A DNA stretch of 64,000 nt from Nageia nagi (GCA_050084985.1 JBITNC010000001.1:26846001-26910000); one strand, 5' to 3'; counted from the stretch's first letter, positions 41,033 to 52,223 are shown. Numbers and translations are program-made. Notes: generated by a model not told the origin, from the letters alone.

Positions 41033-44000
41033 TGTTGGGGGCTTTTTCTTTCCTACCTTGCTGATGGTCAGATGAACTTGTAAGGCTTGTGGGAAGACTC
41101 CGACACTTGAGTGGTAGGACGTTACCTCTACCTGCTATGAGGACTTTACCTCGAAGGTTTGGAAATGGAAGGTGCAAGGGTTCACTCAGGCGAAAGGGTG
41201 GAGATGTTCAAAGCTGTTGCCAACTCAAAATATAATCTTGTTAACCAAGGACTCGAAGGTTTTCCAATCTAAGTACAACTGTTTCTCAAAAAAAAGAAAG
41301 GGGAAAATAAAAAAAATGAGTCTGTTGCGAAAGCCATGCAAGGAAAATGAAAAAGAAAGAAAAAGATGTGAAAAGATAGTGATATATGAATTGGACTCTC
41401 AGGCTATGTTTTCACTGATGAATATGACTTTCTAAGATTGAACTCGTATGAGTTTGATATAAGTTCCACGCACCCCGATTCCAGCTTGAAAGGCAACGAC
41501 ATGAACATCTTGACGAGAGGAGCTTGGCGCTAAGGCAATGAAAGAAAGGTGAGGCATGGGTAAGACTCAATCCTGGGGTGAAGTTCTTATGCAAATCGAC
41601 ATGCACAATTCATTTTAGAACACATTAATCCTAAGTGCAAACTATGAAACATCACACTGAAACACGTCTTGAAATATTTCCAAAAGATATGCAAGCACTC
41701 TTTTATCCATCTATTAGGTTTATAAAATGACCCAAATATTCAAGATAGCATTCACATGTAATACTCATTCACATTCATAGTTTTAAATGAAAACCAGCTC
41801 ACTTCAATTACTTGAGATTATATCACAATTACGAAAAGGGAAAACTTGTAAGTTTTAGAGTATTATTTTAAGTAGTCTTAGTTGCAAAAAATGTTTGATC
41901 TTTACAAATGAGTCCAAATGGGCTATATATAGTTTTTGAGCAACCCAAAGTGTTGCCCTAACCCTAATTACGATTTCCAAGAAAATCAAATATGGTTTGA
42001 CAGAAACATGCCACATGACATCATAAGATATCCTCCAAGTTTGTGGGAGCAATTCCTCATCCATCACAAACTTGGGAATTTATTAACAATAAATTAAAGT
42101 CTTAAAAAATAACCATTAAATAAATAATAAATAAAAGATAGCAAATGCTGTGACTACGCGGTTGGTGGGCCCAACACTCACAATCCCTCAAAGTCATCAT
42201 CCAAGAATTGGCCATGGCTTCAATCCATGCAACATTTCTGATAGCTTCGGCCATTCTTCATCACACTGCACTCTACCTTGTCGACGATCCTCATCATGTC
42301 CTCCCATGCATGGGCTTTGAGCAAATGCTCTAAGTGACTACTTGATTGGAAAGTATTAATATCCTTGGTCATGATGAGACTGTGAAGGAAGTGTCTCACT
42401 TCCGCCACTACAAGGTCTTTGTTACGGATGCCTGCATCATCATTAAGAAACTTCACCTGGAACTCCATTTGTTCAAGACAAGTGTTTGCCTTGTCATTGA
42501 GCTTTTGAACATCCCTTTGCATCTCCTAGAATCGGGTGGTTATTTGGTTAACTACCCCCAAGTAAAACCAATATTTTTCACAAAACTTTATATCTTCTGG
42601 TCTTCGATCCCTTATCATCTCGAATTGCATGATCATAGGCTGTCTAGAATCCAGGATCCGAAGGAAACTGGTTCTCTCCACGATGATGTCCTTAAGGTTT
42701 TGTTCCTCGAATGCCACCCTCTCTAGTGCGCCAATGAATTGTTGCACTGCTACCAAGACCTCATCTATGTGCTTCTGCTTTACTGCAATCATACCCTCCT
42801 TCAGCGGTTTGATCTTTCGGAGCTCTTCAATGGGTACCTTAGCCGATTCCAATTCCTTGGTTAATTTCCTTTGTGCGGCTAGCTCCTTCTTGAGGCCTTT
42901 GAGCTCCTTATTTTTTATCATACCATCTTTGGTGATGGCCTCAGCGTTGGAGATGATTGCATGTTTCCGACTAGCCAGACTAGTCAAACCTGTGTTGATG
43001 ATCTAGTTAATCTGTCGGCGATCTTCAGGACATTGTGGATTCTCCTTATCAGCTATAATGGTCTTGATGTGTATAGCGTTTGTAGCTAAGTGCACATATG
43101 TCTAGGTTTTCCTTGGGCGGGTGGAGCTTTCTCCAATCTGGTTGTTCGTCTCTTTCGTCCCAAATTCTTCCCCAACATCCAAGTTAAACACATCTAAATA
43201 TTCCTCCATATTGATACCCCATTCATTCGTGGGTGATGGTTGATAAGTCTCCACAATTGCCTTTGGAATAGTAACAACATTTTTCTTTACTCTTTTTGAG
43301 GGTCTCTTTTCTCTTGCTCAACATGCTCACTTGAGGTTCCTGTAGCTCGTGACTGTGGGGTTCTCTTTAATTGGGCCCTCTTTTGCACTGTCTCGGATAT
43401 TGGCTCATTATGCTTCTTAGTAGATGGCTTTGTTGTTGCTGCCTTATGGATTTCTGCCAATATCTCGATAGATCCATCTTGTTGCTGTGCGTTTGGCATT
43501 TCCTCATCCTGGATTGCATTCTCTTCTTATTCTTCTTCTGACGCTTCAATCTCCTCTCCCTCTTGATTTTGGTCAGGCTTATATGAGGGGCTGGAGACTG
43601 ATGATCCGAATGGTGGAACAACTGGTGACCTCTCGATTGTCGTGTTACTAGGTGGTCTCGGAGATGGAGAAGGATCTTTTTGTCTGTTTCTCACGCATCT
43701 CACCACCTTGTTTGTAGCTACTCGCTCTCGTTTCCTTGCATCATGCTCATCCATGGTGGTCTGCACTTGTTGCACAACTTGTTCAACTGGCCTTTTGCCA
43801 CGCATGGATGCATACTGTCCAATTGGTGTCTAAATGACTGGAGGGAACTGTGTAACTCTGGAAGTAGACTCTTGAGTTTTTCTTCCCTTGTGCTGCAAGA
43901 GTCTTTTGCTGATAGTAGCTTCAACACGACGTTGCTGATCATTTGCATCCTTGTGTATCTTTTCTCTTATCTTCTTTATCTCTATCTCATTGCTGATATT

Positions 44001-44111
44001 TCGGAAAGGCTCCTCGTCTACAAGTGACTGATGCTCATAAGGTTTCTTCCTTTCCTTCATGAAGAATGAGTGCATTCTATGATCCAAATCATAGTGGTTG
44101 GCAATAGGTAT

Positions 44112-45709
44112 TGTATATTCATACATAATAAATTCTTTATTAAAGCCCCGGTGTACTTTACTTGCAATCATGGGTTCATTTTAAGATCCCCGGGAGTTTT
44201 TCTGGAGCAAACAAAACAGGCCGGAGTCCGGAAGTAAAGAATTCCGGAATAAGATGATGACGTCACAGAGGAAAAGACAGTCGCATTTTGGTAAAAACCG
44301 GGTTCCGGAGATGATGATGTCAGCAAAGGGTGATTAAAAGACCGGAGTCAGTTGATAAAGCGTTCCGGAATGAAAGGATAAAAGCTCAGTTGTGGAAAGG
44401 CCCATATTCCGGAGAAAGCAAGTAAAACATTTCCGGAAGGGGAAGATGACATCATGGGGAGAACAACGTTCACATTTTTGAATGAAACCGGGTTTCGGAG
44501 ATGATGAGGTCAGCAAGGAGCTATCAAATAGCCGGAGCCAGTGAGCAAAATATTCTGGAGATGATGAGGTCAGCGATTCCGGGCATTGACCCAAAACAGG
44601 AGCCCGGAAGTGATGAGGTCAGCCAGAGATAATCAAAGAAGCCGGAGCCGGTAGCTTAAGTGTTCCGGAAGTAAAGCATTCCGGATAAAACGATGACGTC
44701 ACGACGGAAAGGATAAAGCTCAGTTTTGATAAGAACGGGTTCTGGAGATGATGAGGTCAGCAAGAGATAGTCAAAGAAGCCGGAGCCGGTTAAGTAGAGC
44801 ATTCCGGAAATGTGAAGATGACATCACGGATTCCGGGCCTTAACCCAAAACCGGATCCCGGAAGCGATGAGGGCCGCAAAAAGTGATCAAATAGCCGGAG
44901 CCAGTGAGTAAAATATTCCGGAATGTAGAGACGAAGCCAGCAAAAGGTCAGATCACAGTTGTCAAGAAGCGTATCATCTGCAATCTGCCCGTTTCTGTAA
45001 TATTCTGCCAAGTGGCGTATGTAGGTAGTATCAGTTAAAAGAAGGCTAGGATCTTGAAGCCGTTTTTGTAACCGTTTCTGTTCTGCACTTCTTGTAACTG
45101 TAGTTACTACGGTATAAATATATGAAAATAAAGTGAGAAAAGGGTCGGAAGCCTAGTATTGCTCTTTACATTTGTTCTCGAAGACCTGTAGTTTTTATCA
45201 GTAATATGAAACCATCTTGACCTTTCTTGTCTAGCACTCGTAATTGTCATTCTTAATTTGGTTACATCGTGGCAGCTTGGCTTGTTTCCTGAATGATAAT
45301 TGCGGGTTGCTAGTATAACTGTGTCTGCTACATGGTAGAGTAAATCTGGGAAACTATTAGAGAGTGAGAGCTTGTACCGTAGCTGCTACACTAGATTCAG
45401 GCCAAGGTTTCACACACTGTGAAAGCCCGCGCTGAACTAGTGATCCACCTTTGCTTTCTCTCTTGTTACCCTAAGCCTTTTTGCTTAAATTCCTCGCACT
45501 CTACTCCTTTTATTTCTTTCCTGTTACCCTAACCCTTTTGCTTGAATTCCTCGCACTCTACTCTGTTATTTCCTTTCCTGTTACTTTTTCTATGCCCAAT
45601 AGATAAGGAACCGGCCTTCTCCGGAGATCAGACTGTCACTATAGTCTGTTCATGATTTACTTTGGTTAAGATTGCTCACGGCGCATATATTACACAATCC
45701 TAATCAACA
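44112..45709 (+). repeat. 5' LTR of young element
   Basis: TGTATATTC...AATCAACA; direct repeat at +3186; TATAAATA at 45113; ~57-bp tandem duplication at ~45465-45585. Confidence 0.97.
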
Positions 45710-45720
45710 GTATCTCTTTT

Positions 45721-45738
45721 TGGCACGCCCGGTGGGAC
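45721..45738 (+). promoter_or_regulatory. PBS, tRNA-Arg type
   Basis: TGGCACGCCCGGTGGGAC, 11 nt after the LTR; matches the remembered complement of the plant tRNA-Arg(UCU) 3' end. Confidence 0.8.
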
Positions 45739-45857
45739 ACGAAGAAACTTATTGGCGACTCTGCTGAAGCACTATCTATGGTATGTATTAAAGCAAATTA
45801 TTTGTAAATATCATATGTGCTTTTGAACCTGTCGCTTTCTTTTGCAACCTGGAGTTT

Positions 45858-47093
45858 ATGTGGACTAGATCTAAAACCAGAGCAGCAAAAGAAGCACTGG
45901 ATTTTAGAACGTTAGATACTCCTAAGAGAAAGACCCTGATCAAGTCCAAGTCTCTGAATAGTATCAGCTCTCTAAAATCCTTTATCAAGCCAGAATCATC
46001 CAATCTTCATACGAGAAATACCTCTCATGAAATGGCTAATCCAGCTATCTATCTGGAATGGGACAATGGGGTACCAATAGCCCTAGCGGTGTTGCATGAC
46101 ATCCCAGCAAATGTTTTCAAAACCCTTCCGGAGTTTGATGCAACTACAGAGAAAACAGCTTATGAACATTGTGTTGATGTAGCTGGCCTAGCTAAGATTC
46201 ACAATATTCAGCATGAAGATGTCATGGTGAGATTACTGGCTCAATCTTTCAAAGGAAAGGTCCTAGATTGGTACAGGGGCCTTCCTACCGGATCTATAAC
46301 TACTTGGGCTCAACTGGCAGAGCCCTTTATCTTGGAATTTAATGAATTAGGAGATCCCTTTTCTTTGTTAACACAATTCACTTCTATCAAAAGATACGAG
46401 CAAGAAAATATCCCTGATTTCAATATTAGGTTCCAAAAAACTTGGGTGAGAGTCCCAATGCCAGTCAGGCCTCAGCAATTTCAAGCCTTAATGTATTACC
46501 TGAGAGCCTTTCCTCCGGATCTCTCTCTGCAAATCCAAAATTCCGGAGTAAATACTTTCCCAGAGGTCTATAGACAAGCAATATATGCTGAATCCTGTCT
46601 TATTGCAGTTGGAAAATTGCCAAGTCGTATACCAATGCCTTATTTTCCAATAACAGCCCAACAGCAAATTTTGAGACCTCAAGCAATTAGTTTGGCTCCA
46701 CCACTGGCCAGTATCCCCATCCCTATCCAACAGTGGCCATCAACCTTGCCAGTCCCTAGAGCTCCCTTGGCCTTACCAGCCCCTCATCAGCTTAATATGA
46801 ATCAAGGGGTAGCTTCATTGACGGAGATTCAGGAACTCCAAAATTTGTGTAGAAATATGGCAAACCGGATTACCATGCTAAGCAGACAAAGCGATGCAAG
46901 AAGATATCCTTATCCTGTTGTAGAAAAGGCTCAGAATGTGTTGAATGATGATGTAAGACAAGCTTCCTCTTCCGGGTCAGCCTCTGGTTTGTGTTTGGCT
47001 TGCAATGACTCTCACGAACAAACCACGTCCTATTTATCAATATCAAGAATATTTATCAAGAAGTGGGGGCATTCCTCCGCCTGGTGTAGCTGA
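45858..47093 (+). CDS. Retrotransposon Gag (411 aa; C-terminus apparently frameshifted within a Cys/His motif)
   Basis: HEDVMVRLLAQSFKGKVLDWYRGLPTGSITTWAQLAEPF and E.I.DFNIRF (Retrotrans_gag core), a Pro-rich linker, and CLACNDSH. Confidence 0.9.
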   Translation: MWTRSKTRAAKEALDFRTLDTPKRKTLIKSKSLNSISSLKSFIKPESSNLHTRNTSHEMANPAIYLEWDNGVPIALAVLHDIPANVFKTLPEFDATTEKTAYEHCVDVAGLAKIHNIQHEDVMVRLLAQSFKGKVLDWYRGLPTGSITTWAQLAEPFILEFNELGDPFSLLTQFTSIKRYEQENIPDFNIRFQKTWVRVPMPVRPQQFQALMYYLRAFPPDLSLQIQNSGVNTFPEVYRQAIYAESCLIAVGKLPSRIPMPYFPITAQQQILRPQAISLAPPLASIPIPIQQWPSTLPVPRAPLALPAPHQLNMNQGVASLTEIQELQNLCRNMANRITMLSRQSDARRYPYPVVEKAQNVLNDDVRQASSSGSASGLCLACNDSHEQTTSYLSISRIFIKKWGHSSAWCS

Positions 47094-47130
47094 TGACATA
47101 AGCCGGAGATGATGAAGCCATTTTTGTGCT

Positions 47131-47167
<37 letters not shown>

Positions 47168-47297
47168 AATCCATGTGGTTCCGGACCCTATGTAGTCGTG
47201 AAACGCTTTGGTATTATTTTTGGTATTATTTTTTTTTAGACTGGGTTCTAAATTCCTCTTTGATAAAGGCGAAATTTTCCCTCAGAGGTCGCCATAA

Positions 47298-48895
47298 TGT
47301 ATATTCATACATAATAAATTCTTTATTAAAGCCCCGGTGTACTTTACTTGCAATCATGGGTTCATTTTAAGATCCCCGGGAGTTTTTCTGGAGCAAACAA
47401 AACAGGCCGGAGTCCGGAAGTAAAGAATTCCGGAATAAGATGATGACATCACAGAGGAAAAGACAGTCGCATTTTGGTAAAAACCGGGTTCCGGAGATGA
47501 TGATGTCAGCAAAGGGTGATTAAAAGACCGGAGTCAGTTGATAAAGCGTTCCGGAATGAAAGGATAAAAGCTCAGTTGTGGAAAGGCCCATATTCCGGAG
47601 AAAGCAAGTAAAACATTTCCGGAAGGGGAAGATGACATCACGGGGAGAACAACGTTCACATTTTTGAATGAAACCGGGTTTCGGAGATGATGAGGTCAGC
47701 AAGGAGCTATCAAATAGCCGGAGCCAGTGAGCAAAATATTCTGGAGATGATGAGGTCAGCGATTCCGGGCATTGACCCAAAACAGGAGCCCGGAAGTGAT
47801 GAGGTCAGCCAGAGATAATCAAAGAAGCCGGAGCCGGTAGCTTAAGTGTTCCGGAAGTAAAGCATTCCGGATAAAACGATGACGTCACGACGGAAAGGAT
47901 AAAGCTCAGTTTTGATAAGAACGGGTTCTGGAGATGATGAGGTCAGCAAGAGATAATCAAAGAAGCCGGAGCCGGTTAAGTAGAGCATTCCGGAAATGTG
48001 AAGATGACATCACGGATTCCGGGCCTTAACCCAAAACCGGATCCCGGAAGCGATGAGGGCCGCAAAAAGTGATCAAATAGCCGGAGCCAGTGAGTAAAAT
48101 ATTCCGGAATGTAGAGACGAAGCCAGCAAAAGGTCAGATCACAGTTGTCAAGAAGCGTATCATCTGCAATCTGCCCGTTTCTGTAATATTCTGCCAAGTG
48201 GCGTATGTAGGTAGTATCAGTTAAAAGAAGGCTAGGATCTTGAAGCCGTTTTTGTAACCGTTTCTGTTCTGCACTTCTTGTAACTGTAGTTACTACAGTA
48301 TAAATATATGAAAATAAATTGAGAAAAGGGTCGGAAGCCTAGTATTGCTCTTTACATTTGTTCTCGAAGACCTGTAGTTTTTATCAGTAATATGAAACCA
48401 TCTTGACCTTTCTTGTCTAGCACTCGTAATTGTCATTCTTAATTTGGTTACATCGTGGCAGCTTGGCTTGTTTCCTGAATGATAATTGCGGGTTGCTAGT
48501 ATAACTGTGTCTGCTACATGGTAGAGTAAAGCTGGGAAACTATTAGAGAGTGAGAGCTTGTACCGTAGCTGCTACACTAGATTCAGGCCAAGGTTTCACA
48601 CACTGTGAAAGCCCGCGCTGAACTAGTGATCCACCTTTGCTTTCTCTCTTGTTACCCTAAGCCTTTTTGCTTAAATTCCTCGCACTCTACTCCTTTTATT
48701 TCTTTCCTGTTACCCTAACCCTTTTGCTTGAATTCCTCGCACTCTACTTTGTTATTTCCTTTCCTGTTACTTTTTCTATGCCCAATAGATAAGGAACCGG
48801 CCTTCTCCGGAGATCAGACTGTCACTATAGTCTGTTCATGATTTACTTTGGTTAAGATTGCTCACGGCGCATATATTACACAATCCTAATCAACA
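47298..48895 (+). repeat. 3' LTR of young element
   Basis: Near-identical to 44112-45709. Confidence 0.97.
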
Positions 48896-50538
48896 GGTAT
48901 CTTCTTGAAATTGAATTTGGCCAACTCTTCTTTCATGTTATCCACATTCGTCCAGAACTTGCATTGATATTCTCCTACAACAATCGACAAATTGGAGGTA
49001 GCTAATTTCTTTTGCCATACTTGCTCGTGTAGAAAGGCCAATGGCTTCATCATCTCCATTAATAGCATCCTGTTATTCACGAACCTTGGCAATTGATAGG
49101 GATGGACAGCTGATCCGTGTATACGAATAGTATTAGTGATGGAGGAAGAAGTCCCCATGCTTCTTCTAAGCATCTTGGGCTGAATTGGAGATCTTGGCAA
49201 CCGTGATCTCTCCCTTAAGTTCTTTGTAAATTTCATACTCCCATCCATCATTTTTCATTATAAAACTATCCCATCTTCTTTCCAATTTCCATTTGGGGTA
49301 GCACTTCGAAATGGAGTATGTCCCTTTTTTCTATCCAAGTCGTCTCACCCTGAGCTATAGCTCTATACTTGCCGTGAGGCAACATGTACACAAGGTATGA
49401 ATTGAGATAGAATTTGCGAGTGGTACCTAAGGACGACAACTGATCAGCTATGGAGTCGCACAACACCTTGCTCCACCTAATCCTCCTCCATCTGGCGATC
49501 TCTAGGATGAACCGAAAGAACTCTTTCCTAAACTTTGAGGCATCTTCCTTCCCAAGGATTTTGGACAACAAGAGAATCATCAACTCCGCTGCAGTGTAGA
49601 AGTTGGAGGGAGGAGCATTGATAAGTGCATTTCCCTTCAATCCGTGATGGTCCTCCAAATCTAGCTCTTGATACGGATGGCTGCCCTGGGGGTCTCCTGG
49701 TAACAAGCTAATGATCTAGCCTTGCTATACTCGACTTCTCCTTTAGAGGTCCACTGAAATGTTGCTTTGATGGCGTCCGGGTTGAAGTCCATTATGATGT
49801 CTCCGTTGATACCTTGAAGGACTCTCTACCCTTTTTGCCAGTGGTGGCCGACCTCCATGCACAATTTAGGAAATGGAGCTGTGAATGGGACTAATGTGCA
49901 AGTGGAGAGTCCGGAGAAGAAGACGATATCTTGCTTCAAGTCAGTGATAGGAAGACCGTGAGTGTTCTCCCTCATTTGCGTAGGGTCAACGTTTTGCCAA
50001 TCAGTATCTCTAATGGTTGCAAAACCGTTTCTCGAGAATTTAGCCCCTTGGAGAAGGGCTTGTTGTCTCTCACGAATGGAGATGACACAATCCTGTTTCA
50101 ACCGCTCGAGATCCCTAGCGAAGTTCGAAACTGAATTACCCTTAGAAGAAGTCATGAGGTTCTCATTGGCAACGTGGCTTCTCAAGAGTGCTGCATGGGT
50201 TTCCAGGTGAAGATGACACCCACGTTGGAGGGTCTTGGCTCCCAAGTGCTTGTGCAAGCCTTAAGGTGGATAAATGATGATGTTTGAGCACAAAAATCTG
50301 CAATTTGTTGCTATCTTGGTGCAAGAGTAGAAGAGGAGCAAGTTTTGAGTTTGAGAAAATGAGGTCTTCAAGCTTGTATTTACAGCCCATTTGGCTTCCA
50401 GCTTGCCCTAGTCGGCTATGGTTACTGACATAACTCATCATAGCCCTCCACTTGGCCGACCTCGAGATGTGTGCTTGCCCGGAAACTCATATAAAGCAGC
50501 ATGTGCCTGAATGTTTGGGTTTTAATGCTCAACCTGGC

Positions 50539-51505
50539 TTGGCACATGGGAAAAAAAGACAAATAAGTGACTTTTTGAACCGTGCGCCAGCCCTAGGAGC
50601 TTGCATGCTTCCAACGTTGGGTGTCTTGCCTTCATGTTTGCTTGCCTTGATTGCCTAACTCACTCAGTAACCTGATTTTTCCTGATTCCAGGTCTTCTAG
50701 TCGGCTGGACTTGTCAATTTTGGCGTTTCATCTCAACCCGGGCAACTTGTGGGCTTGGTGCATGCTTCCAAAGTCAAGTTTGTGACTTTTTGAGGCATCC
50801 GTCAGCCTTACTTGTCCATCCTGCTTGGTCGCATGGTTCAAAAAGACAAGTTTTTGTCTTTTTGAAGCATGTGCTAGCCTTCAGTTGGCCTATTTTTCAA
50901 AATTTGATTTTCAAGTGCTCATGCCTTAGCCAAATTTTTATGTTTCTCGAATCTTGGAGGTTCCCTGGGCTTGGCGCATGTCTCAAAAAGTCATGATTTT
51001 GTCTTTTGAGACCATGCGCTAGCCCCTCTGGGTATACTTGAGTTAGTTTTGAGTTTTTTGGGTCTGGCACTTATCAAATTTTCACCTTTGCTCAAATTGG
51101 CAGCCTTCCTAGGCTTGGTGCATGGTTAAAAAAGACAAAATCTTGTCTTTTTGAACCATGCACCAGCTGCCTGGGTGGCTCATGTTCATTTTCTAACCCC
51201 CGAACTTGCTCAATTTGCCTTCTTGACTAAATCGCATGGTTCAAAAAGACAAGATTTTGTCGTTTCAAACCATGCGCCAACCCTGTAGTGCCTTTGACTT
51301 AGATTTTTCATGTTCACTTTTGCTCCATTCTGCTCCTTGTGTTTGGCACATGCCCAGAAAGACAAGATTTTGTCTCCTGGAGGCATGCGTTGGGCTTGCA
51401 AGTGCCAGATTCTATCTTTGAGCCTTTCCTTCTGTCTGTACGACCCCCAAGCCCAGTAGCATTGTTCAAAACGACTAGTTTTTGTCTTTTGAAACCATGC
51501 ACCAG
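50539..51505. repeat. Array of 8 imperfect ~50-bp palindromes (copy C)
   Basis: Units at ~50539, 50756, 50827, 50971, 51116, 51232, 51343 and 51457. The best unit, TGGTGCATGGTTAAAAAAGACAA-AATC-TTGTCTTTTTGAACCATGCACCA, has 22/23 paired. Confidence 0.92.
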
Positions 51506-51790
51506 CCCTTGGAGAGGCCCAGTTTGCTTTGATTGGGCTCCGACTCTTCCTAGACTCCCTAGTTCACCTAAGATTGACTTTTACCCTTCCTAGACTTAAC
51601 CATTTTTAGAGACTTTGAAATTCCTATCTTGACATGACTAACCCTAGATGAAGGAAGAGGCTTGAACTGTAAGGAGTTGTCCATGAATCTGGGTCTTTGA
51701 AATGCAACTTGGGTGGGATTTATAATGACAAAATGAAGTATATACACAAAATCATGTGATTTTGGGGGATGTTGTGTTTCAGTCCCAACA

Positions 51791-52050
51791 GGTTACATAT
51801 CGAGAAATTGCATTGCTTTATGATGAAGAACATTCTGCAGCTGCAAACAAGCAACGGGTTGCGATTGTTGTGGCACATGAGTTAGACCATCAGTGGTTTG
51901 GTAATCTGGTTACAATGGAGTGGTGGACTCACCTATGGCTCAATGAGGGTTTTGCAACTTGGGTTAGCTATTTGGCAACAAATTATTTATTTTCAGGATG
52001 GAATATATGGACATAGTTTGTTGACCCAACATTGGAGGAGCTTCATTTAG
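51791..52050 (+). pseudogene. APM1: Captured aminopeptidase M1 fragment, 3' part (HEXXH region)
   Basis: [61 protein letters not shown], then a stop at 52014. Confidence 0.95.
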
Positions 52051-52107
52051 TGGATAAGGTTGGGGCAAACACATGTGAGTTGACTCATGCAGGATTGAAA
52101 TCATTAG

Positions 52108-52223
52108 GGCAATATGAGCCATTAGAATCATTATTTTCCTCTTTAGTATCTACTATTGGACAATTTTATTTATGGCAATATGAGCCATTGGAGTCATTAT
52201 TTTCCTCTTTAGTATCTACTATG
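52108..52223 (+). repeat. Local duplication, period 66 bp
   Basis: GGCAATATGAGCCATT...TTTAGTATCTACTAT occurs twice. Confidence 0.9.

Larger units (their letters stand above)
44112..48895 (+). mobile_element. Young non-autonomous gag-only LTR retrotransposon (Tat/Ogre-like)
   Basis: Two 1598-bp LTRs (TG...CA) with 7 substitutions found by eye, perfect TSD GGTAT, Arg-type PBS, gag ORF and no pol. Confidence 0.95.
42185..50257 (-). pseudogene. Fragmented accessory ORF of copy C (~1000-1100 codons), interrupted by the young LTR element
   Basis: Successive minus ORFs from 49826-50257 to 42220-42522. Removing 44112-48895 rejoins KFNFKKIP-IANHYDLDHRMH, matching copy B KYHFKKMNSVDHYDPEHKIH. Confidence 0.82.
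41033..51790 (-). mobile_element. Large TG...CA unit, copy C (5969 bp after removing the nested element); probable solo LTR with accessory ORF
   Basis: Perfect 7-bp inverted termini TGTTGGG...CCCAACA and perfect TSD GGTTA (41028-41032, 51791-51795). Removal restores MENYGLVTYRE of APM1. Confidence 0.92.

Noticed and set aside
44112-45709. Hammerhead ribozyme (retrozyme) in the young LTR
   Set aside because: The repeats read GATGATGA rather than CTGATGA, and no CUGANGA/GAAA core with the required stems was found; only small hairpins at ~45406-45425 and ~45629-45648.
47136-47162. A27 run as a LINE/SINE or retrocopy tail
   Set aside because: No TSD or upstream element body; it lies inside the LTR element's 3' untranslated region.
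42185-50257. Accessory ORF as env or an endogenous viral gene
   Set aside because: No convincing signal peptide, transmembrane segment, or movement/coat/RT motif recognised; left as unknown function.
50539-51505. CRISPR-like look of palindromic repeats with spacers (also 25755-26830 and 35341-36195)
   Set aside because: The repeats are degenerate, spacer lengths vary from about 20 to 165 bp, there are no cas genes, and the context is a eukaryotic transposon.
40367-52016. A functional aminopeptidase M1 gene with a 10.7-kb intron
   Set aside because: The gap is a TG...CA insertion with a GGTTA TSD, not GT-AG. The GAMEN motif is mutated, frameshifts and stops are present, and both ends of the protein are missing.
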